Origin: Zygophlyctis sp. KS116
Taxonomy: Eukaryota > Fungi > Chytridiomycota
Length of the DNA stretch: 32,000 nucleotides
NCBI GenBank assembly: GCA_054661495.1
Contig: BAAFSQ010000043.1
Location: forward strand, 1-32,000
Reading direction: 5' to 3'
Shown: piece by piece, positions 9,295-18,802 of the stretch
Numbering within the stretch: position 1 is the first letter of the stretch
How the letters are laid out: the number at the start of each line of letters is the position of its first letter
The notes under the pieces: model-generated
The model's input: the letters and a program-made list of their open reading frames with translations, nothing else
What the model was told of the DNA's origin: nothing
The model's database searches: none
Program-made: the position numbers and the translations under genes

Positions 9295-10813
9295 TTATAG
9301 TTTTTTTACCCCATTGTTGAGGTCTTGCATAGGATCAACTTCCATTCCTTTAAATGGAAGAAATTCAACACCATCCATATATGGACGTAAAACCTCTGGA
9401 ACAATAACACCAGTCTCTGTTTGATAATTCTCAACTATACAGCATATTGTCCTTTCAGTTGCAGTCAAAGTACAGTTCAAGCAATGAACATACTTCTTGA
9501 TGGGATCGTTAAGCTAGAAAATGAAAAATAGAAAGGTACCTTTTTAGCACCAAATCTTATCTCCAATGCCCGACTTTGATAATCAGTGCAATTAGAGCAA
9601 GATACTAATTCCTTGTAAGTACCTTGGAATGGAAAGTAAGCCTCTAAATCATATTTTTTAGCAGCAGCATTATTAAGAGCTCCAGCAACAATAGAAATAA
9701 CATGATAAGGTAATTTGAGCTACTTTTTAGAAAAAAAAGATAATTTACACTCTCATAATACTCTTGAGCCACTTGAATCATTTCATCGTGCATTTCCCAG
9801 CTTTTTTCTGGAGTGGTAATAACGAACTGTTCAACTTTTTCAAACTGATGAACTCTAAATATTCCCCAAGTATCTCTTCCATGAGCACCAGCTTCTTTTC
9901 TAAAACAAGTTGATTGACCTGCATACTTTTTAGGTAATTCTTTTTCATTAAACCACTCACCAGCATGAAAAGCAGAAATCGGCTGTTCAGATGTAGCAAT
10001 CAAATATTTCGACTCAGAGTCGGGTTCCCCTTCAAGCTCTGCAACCTTGTACAAAGCCTCATCAAACTCCTCAAGTTGTGCAGTTTTAGCCATTATTTCA
10101 CGCTTCATAAAAAAAGGAGTCCATAATTTCTTATATCCCCTTTTTGCCAAAAAACTGAGACCATATTGTATCAATGCCAAATTTAGATCCACACCTGGAC
10201 CAGTCAAAAAGTAACCACGATGACCAGCTACATTTGCTCCTAATAATTTTTACAATCACTATTTACCTCGTACAGAGTCATAAGCCTCCAACTTTTCCAA
10301 AACCTCATGATGAGAATAGAGTCCTGGGACTCCTTTACCATCCTTGACCAACCTTTTCAACTTTTCCTGTTCATCTGCCTCTGATCGTCCTTCTGGCCAC
10401 CATTTTCGTACAATTTGATTATCCTTTTCATCTTTAGAATCCACACAAGAGTCATGTACTATATTTCCGATAAGACTGAGTTTCTGATTCAAAATCTTTT
10501 CCTTTTCAGAGACTAGAGCGTTTAAAGCCACTTTTTGCGCTTCCAAATCTACCTTTTGAGCACGAAGATCAGCGGCTTCTGGAGAGTCCAACATCTTTGC
10601 CTTTGCCAATGGTGCAATTTTCTTCCCTACAGCATTGATCTGTTTATTAATTTCATCTGCATTAAATCTAGCAGTGATCCATTCCTTGTCTAATGCAAGA
10701 ACCTCATCGACAAGATCAACTGCCTTTTGACCTCCTCTTTTCCTCTGAGACTCTTTTACCAGCGTCGGATTCCCACCTTTTTCTAGCCTGAGCAAGTTGA
10801 TATCAATTGGCAT
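9295..10813 (-). CDS. SES1: Cytosolic seryl-tRNA synthetase, 478 aa
   Basis: [104 protein letters not shown]. Introns 10266-10240, 9748-9720, 9539-9514. Confidence 0.97.
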
Positions 10814-10855
10814 ATTTTTTAACGTCAGACCTTGCACTCGTTCCTAGAATAACTG
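10814..10855. promoter_or_regulatory. 42-bp divergent promoter (SerRS / PI31) with ACGTCA
   Basis: Head-to-head ATGs at 10813 and 10856; ACGTCA at 10822-10827. Confidence 0.65.
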
Positions 10856-11596
10856 ATGAAAGGCCATGAATCAGCCGTACAGCGCCTTTTGACAGATTGC
10901 ATTAAAAACTTGGGATTTGAAATAACAAATGAATCAATGGCCTCAAATGTGTATTCATCAATTCTCAAACGGAATGGTCATACATTTGAAATGAAATATA
11001 TTGTCATGCAAGGCAAGGGAATAATTCATGTCATCAAGGATGGGAATTTAAAGAGCATTGATTTTGATTTGCATGATTTGTTTGTTAATGATGAAATTGA
11101 TTCATCAAGGGCAAAATTACTTTTTGCAAGACTAGAGAATGGAATATTTCATCAATTGAGTAATTCTAGTAGTTTTGTTTCACCAGATTTCGGACAAGGA
11201 TCTCAATTTGGAATCGGTGATAAAGATTTAGATCCTTTGGCTGCTTCTCCTGGATTACTGCCACCGTAAATTCCATTTTTAATACTTAGTTCTAGTAGAT
11301 TTGGAGGGAATATTGGAGGGAGTGGAGGTGGAATGATTATGGATCCTTCTCATCCACTTTTTACTCGACCAGTTAGATTTAATCCACCTGGTTCTGGACC
11401 ATTAAGTTTTCCTCCTGGATCTATACCTCCTGGAGTTCGATTTGATCCAGTCACTCCACTAGGTCCAAGATTTCCAATGGGAGTTCGTCCACCAGGTCGT
11501 CCAGGATTTCCTAGAGGAAATGGAACTAATCCATGGTCTGGTGAGCCTGATCCAGATGAATTCCAACCACCAGGCCACGACAATATGTACATGTAA
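10856..11596 (+). CDS. Proteasome regulator PI31 (PSMF1/Fub1), 238 aa
   Basis: IGDKDLDP, GGGMIMDPSHPLF, PPGVRFDPVTP, GEPDPDEFQPPG and C-terminal HbYX motif DNMYM. Intron 11266-11289 (24 nt). Confidence 0.9.
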
Positions 11597-11620
11597 AAAA
11601 AAGTATAAAATAACGGGTCT

Positions 11621-12225
11621 TTATTCTTCTGCAATTACAGGAGGTGGACCTATTGGAGAATGATCAAAAAAGTCTCTTCTCTCATGATATGGAGGATTCT
11701 AAGTTTTAAAAAGATTAAATTACCAAATAGACCATATTTGAGCCTCTCCATGGTTGAGCAGGGATTACAGATTCCTTTGGTAGTACAACTAGTGTTGGAG
11801 GAATATACTTTTTAGAATGATACACTGGTTCAGATTGATTAGTATTAGATTTTCCATTCACATCTATACCCTGTACAGGAGCTTTTAAATCTCCAGCTTT
11901 CCAATCTGCAACATTTTTCATGATTTCCTGTTCCTTCTTCTTCATTGCATCAAATCTTCTCGCCATATCTCTGTCCATCTCAGCCTGTAATAGTGGAACA
12001 AGAGATATTCTCATCCATGCCTTTTCTGCATCTAATTCTCTAATATTAACTCTAATAGAAATACTTTTTTTCCTTTAATGAACCGGCAAAACCAACCCAT
12101 CCGTAGGCCATTATTCCAGCGACAGTTAGAAAAATCAGAGCGCCTGATGGACCTCTCTTTGGGATGTATCTTTGGTATCTGATGGCATTTGGAAAACCTG
12201 TTGGCGGTGGTAGATCTTGAGCCAT
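11621..12225 (-). CDS. NDUFA13: NADH:ubiquinone oxidoreductase subunit A13 (GRIM-19/NB6M), 184 aa
   Basis: MAQDLPPPTGF..IRYQRYIPKRGPSG, one TM helix, EKAWMRISLVPLLQAEMDR, IMKNVADWKAG. Introns 12064-12040 and 11723-11699. Confidence 0.92.
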
Positions 12226-12284
12226 GGTCTAGAAAACTTGTAAACGCGCAGGTCCAAACCTACGTCACTTGATTGTTTGAAAAA
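12226..12284. promoter_or_regulatory. 59-bp divergent promoter (NDUFA13 / phosphate carrier) with ACGCG and TACGTCA
   Basis: Head-to-head ATGs at 12225 and 12285; AAACGCG 12242-12248, TACGTCACT 12261-12269. Confidence 0.65.
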
Positions 12285-13283
12285 ATGGCTGAAAAAGCGC
12301 TTGACAAACCTTGGGACTCTCGATATGCAGGCAAAGGTAACTCTAAAATCTTTTTAAACATGTAGTTCCTCATGATCTATCTTATTACTCAAAATGTGTG
12401 CTTGGCGGTGTTCTGGCTTGTGGTTTAACTCATGCAGCAATCACACCTCTAGATGTGACAAAGTGTAACATGCAGGTCAATCCTGGAAAGTACCGCGGTC
12501 TAGTACCAGGAATGAAAACTATTTTGGCGGAAGAGGGAGCCATGGCAATTTGGAAGGGATGGCTTCCTACTCTATTGGGGTATTCTGCTCAAGGTGCCTT
12601 CAAGTATGGTCTCTATGAAGTATTTAAAGATCAATACTCTACTTTACTTGGTAAAGATATCTCTGAACAGTATAAAGGGTTGGTCTGGGCAAGTGCTAGT
12701 GCGAGTGCAGAGTTTTTTGCTGATATTGCTTTATGTCCATTGGAAATGACAAAGGTAAATCTTGGTGGTTAAGTTTTAGGTTAAAATTCAAACCTCACCT
12801 GCTGGTACTTTTCCTACAGCATTGGGTCCTGCTTTGGCTGCAATGAAGGCAAATGCTGCAGAGACTAAATTTCCTTTTGGATCTCTTAAACCTCTTTGGT
12901 CTAGACAGATTCCATATACTGTTGCAAAGTTTTACTTTTTTGAGAAAGTGGTGCAATTATTCTACACTCATGTGTTTACTGCTCCAAAAGAAACTTATTC
13001 TAAACCTACTCAATTGGGAGTTACATTTGCATCAGGTTATACAGCAGGTGTTATTTGTGCTATTGTATCTCATCCAGCTGATACTATTGTGTCTCTATTG
13101 GGAAAAACTGAAAATAAGGGGAAACCAGTTGGACAGATTGCGTCAGAATTTGGTTATAAGAATCTTATGACAAAGGGTCTTCCTGTTCGTGTTCTTATGA
13201 TTGGTACTCTTACTGGATTGCAATGGTGGATTTATGATTCATTCAAAGCTACCATGGGATTGGGAACTACTGGAGGAAAATAA
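12285..13283 (+). CDS. Mitochondrial phosphate carrier (SLC25A3/Mir1/Pic2 family), 314 aa
   Basis: GGVLACGLTHAAITPLDVTKC, GYSAQGAFKYGLYEVFK, AEFFADIALCPLE, RQIPYT, MIGTLTGLQWWIYD. Introns 12337-12365 and 12755-12779. Confidence 0.95.
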
Positions 13284-13395
13284 TTCAATTATTTTGAATA
13301 AAAATTAAGGGAATCATTTAAATTTTTGAGGACCAGTACTGGTTTCAGGAAAGAATTAATTATTTAAAGGAACAACCGCTCGCGTTTTGATTAAA

Positions 13396-16300
13396 ATGTG
13401 GAATCCGTTTTCCTCTCCATTTTCAAAGACCACAAATGTGACTTTCTCAGAGGTTCAGTCCAGTATTAAAAGTTGGATAAACGCTGATTCTGATGATTTT
13501 AATGATGTATGGAAAACGTTCACCGCATTTATAAATGACATGGACAAGATTCAAACGCAAAATACTATGCTTAAAGCACAATTAGATTTAACTGAACTAG
13601 AATGCAATGATGCAGTAGATAGTGCCTCCAAGTTGAATATTCAAGTTGAAAATCTACAACAAACTGTAGAGGAACTAAACAAGACTCGTGAAGGTTCAAT
13701 GTCCGAAAATACAAAATTAAAGGAGAATGTCGCTATTTTTGAATACAAGGCAAAAGAGAGGATTTCCATATTAGAAGCAGAATTATGTCTTCGAAATGCA
13801 GAGTTGGATGACGCTTTTGCACAGATTAGCTCTCTTACTAATGATATGCAATCCAAGGAAGAAGAGGCACTAAGTTTGATCAAGGAGATTGAAACCTCGA
13901 AAGAAATCCTCATTGGGGAAAAGGACGCACTACAAGTCGCTATAGAGGAAAAAACGTCACTGTTGAATAATCTGGAAATGCAATTACAGAGCATGAGAGC
14001 GGACTCAGAACTCAGCATCAACAGTCGTATCTTAGCATTGGAAACTGAAAGAGATAATGCTTTGGCACAGTATTCTACCGTTTTGTCTGAAAAAGGTATT
14101 ATTGTCCGTTATTGTTAATAATTAGAGGTGTTGGGTCTTGCTGCTGAAGAGAAAATTTGCGAGCTTGATGCCCAACTTGCTCTCCGAAATGCAGAGTTGG
14201 ATGACGCTTTTGCACAGATTAGCTCTCTTACTAATGATATGCAATCCAAGGAAGAAGAGGCACTAAGTTTGATCAAGGAGATTGAAACCTCGAAAGAAAT
14301 CCTCATTGGGGAAAAGGACGCACTACAAGTCGCTATAGAGGAAAAAACGTCACTGTTGAATAATCTGGAAATGCAATTACAGAGCATGAGAGCGGACTCA
14401 GAACTCAGCATCAACAGTCGTATCTTAGCATTGGAAACTGAAAGAGATAATGCTTTGGCACAGTATTCTACCGTTTTGTCTGAAAAAGGTATTATTGTCC
14501 GTTATTGTTAATAATTAGAGGTGTTGGGTCTTGCTGCTGAAGAGAAAATTTGCGAGCTTGATGCCCGACTTGCTCTCAGAAATGCAGAGTTGGATGACGC
14601 TTTTGCACAGATTAGCTCTCTTACTAATGATCTGAGATCCAAGGAAGAAATGGACGCTCAATTTATTCAGAGTTTGGAAGGTAGTAGCATGGCGCTTTCC
14701 AAAGAAAAGGATAATTACCAATTTTTGTTAGACGAAAAGTCATTGCTAGTTTCCCATCTCGAGGGGGAAGTTAAAAATCTAGAAATGAGTGTATTTCATT
14801 TAGATGCAAAACTTGTGGACGTTGTTTCTGCATTAGAAGTGTTTACAAAGGAAAAGAAAAGTACAGAAGAAAAAATGGCTCTTGATTTGATTAGGCTTGA
14901 ACAAGCTTGCAATGAAAAAGCAATTGCGATAGATTCCGCACAAAAAGCGAAAAGGAAGATGGAAGAAACCATGTGTATGATTGAAAAGTTGGTTGATGAA
15001 CGTAATACGGCGGTAAGCCAGCTAAAAAGCTCTTTGAATAATGTCCAAAATATGCCAATCATCTTGGAAACCGTTAAAACCTCCATATCCGATCTCAATT
15101 CTGCTCTTATTGAAAAGTTAGGTTCAATGAATGACTGGAGCAATAAGCTTTGGGCGAATTTCGGTATCTTTGAAAGAAAGATGTCGGCGATGGCTACTTT
15201 GCTCGGTTCTTGCAAAGATAAAAATAAAATACTATCAGAAAAGATAAAAGAGCTTGAAAATTCAGAGAACCTTTTAAAGAATGACGGCGATGCAATAGAC
15301 TCTGAAAGTCTTAAATCATTGATAAAATCTCAAGAAGATACGATTAAAGGTTTTGAATTGGCCTTGGTTGAAGCCCAAAAATACATGGATGAAAAAGAAA
15401 AATTGGCCGAAGAACGATTCAAAGAATTGTCTCGTCTGCAAGAATTATACACGAATGTAGGTCCGTCTATTTATTGACCGATAGGTAAATCAAATCCTCG
15501 ATGAGAAAGAATTGGCTTTAAAACAGCTTCAAAAACAATTTGATATCTTAAAGCAGGATAATGACTTACGATCCACGAATGCCAACGTAAAAATCTTGGA
15601 AATGACGGAGCAATTAATGGAAAAAGACAAGAAAAATTTAGCCGTCGTTAGTGCATTGAAGTCGGAGAATCAAGAATTACACTCTCGTATAAATAAGGAG
15701 CAGCAAGTCTTAAAAGATCAACTTGAGAAGCTATATGGCCTCACTAATGATATAGCCTCCAAGGACTCCGAGTTAATTGAAGTTAAAGATTTACTTTTGG
15801 AAAAAAATGGTGATCTCCTATTAGAGGCGAGCAAACTTCAGTTTATGAATGACAAACTTCAAAAACTTTTAGATCAGGAGCAAAACAATACAAATGCGAT
15901 TCAAGAAAAAGATACTAATATTGCAGAACTCAAAGAAAAATTGAAGAGTAAAGATAATGAAGTAGTAGCATGCAATACATTGATTGATCAACTAAACCAT
16001 AACAAACTAAAGTTGGAATCCGAAATTAAAAAGATTGAAATTTCATCTCAAGTTAATGAAAAAAGTCACAAGGAGGAGTTGAGAATTTTGAAAGAAGGAC
16101 GAAAGGCTCAAAAAAGCGCCGATTTAGAATCAGTTGGAATACAGACACCGTATATAGCATCCACCCAGACAAATGATCAAAATTTATTGAAGGATAATGA
16201 GGATTTGATGTGTCAATTGAAATTATCGCAAAAAGAAATGGATAAGTTATACCAGCGGATCACAGAGCAAGAAATCCAAATTCGTAGCTTAAAAATTTCT

Positions 16301-16810
16301 GATCCAAAGAATAAGGATCTCGAAGATCAATTAGAAAATCTCAGTACTAGATACATGATGCTGGAAAAGACTGCGGAACAAACCAACTCATTAAATGATG
16401 ATCTCAATGAAAAATATCTAAACCTTATTAAAAAATCCAAGAATCTTGAAAACTTAGTAAAGAAGCTTCATAGGCAGCTTGAAGAGAAGCAAAAAGAAAT
16501 GCCAGGCAAAGAAAATAATCAATCTCCTGATAAACCAAAAACTTTGCAGTATTCCAATACATTAAATGAACAAAACCCCACGGGTAATATCCCATCAAAG
16601 TCTTCACCGGCAGTTAAACCATCTATTCTGAAACGAAGATCTACTGAATTAGAAAAAACAGCAGAGTCTTCATCAATTTTGAAGGAATCTCGTTCAACGG
16701 TTGCTAAGCAAAAACTGGGCCCTGCAGCTAGAGTTTTGGCTGCTGATTCGAGGAAAAGTAGGAAAATTGATTCTTCCAGAGAAGGTAGACAAGAATGTAA
16801 TCAGCAATAA
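13396..16810 (+). CDS. Long coiled-coil protein (about 1108 aa) with C-terminal CaaX-like CNQQ
   Basis: Heptad E/K/L-rich throughout, disordered basic tail, ends ECNQQ*. Introns 14096-14125, 14489-14518, 15457-15484 join the four ORF-track pieces in frame. Confidence 0.85.
13792..14648. repeat. 393-bp near-identical tandem duplication (363-nt exon + 30-nt intron), about 2.15 copies
   Basis: Units start at 13792, 14185 and 14578; the intron GTATTATTGTCCGTTATTGTTAATAATTAG is identical in both copies. Confidence 0.95.
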
Positions 16811-16821
16811 AGTACCAAATT

Positions 16822-18063
16822 TTATTCCAAGTCATCTAAATCACATTGAGTATAAGACGAAACTTTTGTAGGATGTATTCGTATCGGGAATAGTCCTTGG
16901 ATATTGTCCAATAACTCTATGCTATACTTTTGAAATGCCTTATTGCCTGTTAAGTTTTTTGTTGAGAAGGATAATTCATTCCTGAACTTAACCTTATAAA
17001 GCTCTTCATCTTGCTCCATACTTTCTAATTCTGCCTGTACTTGTAAAGCATGTTTATTTTTTTCATTTGATATAATATGTTGATATTTGTCAGTGATTTC
17101 TATTAATTTTTCTTGAACTGTCTGCTTGATCTCTGCCGGCGGAAGATCTACTAAACTTTCCTTTTTCGTAGATTGCAATCCTCGTAATGAGATAGACGCC
17201 CTCTTTTCACGCATCATGGAGCCTCTTTTTCCTGAAATTGAAGGAGAAACCATACTGGAATTTCTCCTTGAATTGAAAGTAATTGTAGTCTGATTTATAT
17301 TATCATTTGAAACCTCTGTTAGATCTGAAAATATTGAAGACCCCCTTTTCTTTTCTAATCGTGGCATTGATTGCAATCGTGTAACTTGAGCAACTAACGA
17401 TTTAATTTTGTCTTCCCTGTCTTGATAAGCTTGCTTTAAACTTTCAATCATTGTTTGAAAATTCCCAGAATTATTTTGTGCATCAGAACTTTCAGAGACT
17501 AAACCATTCTTTCGAAGAATCCCTTGCATTTTAACCATTTGATTTTTTAATTTTGTTATAGCATCATTTTTATGTATTATATCTGTCCGACATTCTTTAT
17601 TCCTTAACAGAGCTTCCCTTTTTGCATTATCATGAGCCTTTTGAATATTTTCAATTTCTTTGGCCTTCATTTTCTAAAATTACTCTACAAACTATACAGA
17701 ATATTCATTATTGACAACAGAAATTGCATCAGCTAGCATTGTTCTATTTGCTCTTCTCGCACGATCAATGCTAGTTAGATGATCTAATCTATTTTGACTC
17801 TGGTCATGGGAAATCTATAATAAGTACAACTATAAAATTACCTTTTCTTGATTATTATTAATAATATTTTGTATCCGAATTGCCCAATGTAATTCTCTTT
17901 CAGCATTAGAGTCTTGTACCAATCGGACTAGATCATTAAAGTTATTCTTTGCTCGTTTAAACTGATCAACAGATTCCTCAATCGTTTGTATCGGCCGATT
18001 CAATCTAAATAGAGCAACATACTCTAATTTATTAAAAAGTCTTGTTCTTTTGAATTCTTCCAT
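16822..18063 (-). CDS. Uncharacterised coiled-coil protein, about 396 aa
   Basis: Introns 17841-17815 (27 nt) and 17697-17674 (24 nt) join ORFs 17830..18087 and 16822..17670. Start is 18063 or 18087. Several basophilic kinase-type motifs (KRGS, RRNS, KRAS). Confidence 0.75.
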
Positions 18064-18079
18064 GTAAACAATAATGATG

Positions 18080-18562
18080 TCATTCATTCAGTTCTTGCAT
18101 TAGAATGGGCAGCAGCGTAGTTTGAGGTCCGATCCACTCTCTCTTTGTTTCGGAGTCATGGCATTTAATAAAATCTGTTTGAAGATTAGAGACATTTGAT
18201 GCCAATAGATAATCAGGCGATAATTCACTTGCGAGTTCATTCTGATGATTGTCCATGAGGCTCTCATTGACTATAACCAATAACTTCTTTTGAAGGTATA
18301 ATGCTTCTAGAATAGATCCTGAGCCTGCATGCGATATGATCATGAATGCATCCTTCATATCCTCAATAATCGATGATTTATAGGAATATACGTGAATATT
18401 AATCAAGTCATTAGAAACGGGAGCGACAGGAGTTGAGCCAGCTTGAATCCTTAAATGCGTAAAATTTAATTCATGCAATAGCTTGATAAATTCTGGAGAT
18501 AGCACTTTAGAAGTCAAATCGGCAAACATTGTTGATCCAACAGTCACAAAGAGCAACTTCAT
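18080..18562 (-). CDS. ALG13: UDP-GlcNAc transferase catalytic subunit ALG13 (GT28 C-terminal)
   Basis: LFVTVGSTMF, IQAG, IISHAGSGSILEAL, VIVNESLMDNHQNELASEL. Confidence 0.95.
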   Translation of the reverse strand: MKLLFVTVGSTMFADLTSKVLSPEFIKLLHELNFTHLRIQAGSTPVAPVSNDLINIHVYSYKSSIIEDMKDAFMIISHAGSGSILEALYLQKKLLVIVNESLMDNHQNELASELSPDYLLASNVSNLQTDFIKCHDSETKREWIGPQTTLLPILMQELNE

Positions 18563-18802
18563 TCAACGCGAAAATTTGTCGGTCCGTTAAGTCGTTCCCC
18601 CGTGGACGTTTGTCCGATCAAGTACAGTGAATGAATCTGATCAATTTCAAAAAGTCAAATGCTCTTGGTAAAGCTGCAAGTATATCTGATTAGCTGGACT
18701 TAAAATGCTTAATTCGTCTTAGGAAAGTAAAATCATAAAGTTTAGTTTATTTTGTATGGAATTCTCACAGATAAATAGAGACTGGGCTTTGGTTACTGGG
18801 GG

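Noticed and set aside
10814-10837. SerRS start at 10837 as in the ORF track
   Set aside because: Non-ATG start; the conserved N-terminus begins at ATG 10813 (MPIDINLLR).
11621-12225. Microsporidian or Rozella allomycis origin suggested by tiny introns
   Set aside because: A complex I subunit is present (both lack complex I), and flagellar genes exclude microsporidia.
13396-16810. Direct call as Spindly or kinesin CENP-E
   Set aside because: No GNSLFAEV-type Spindly motif and no motor domain are visible.
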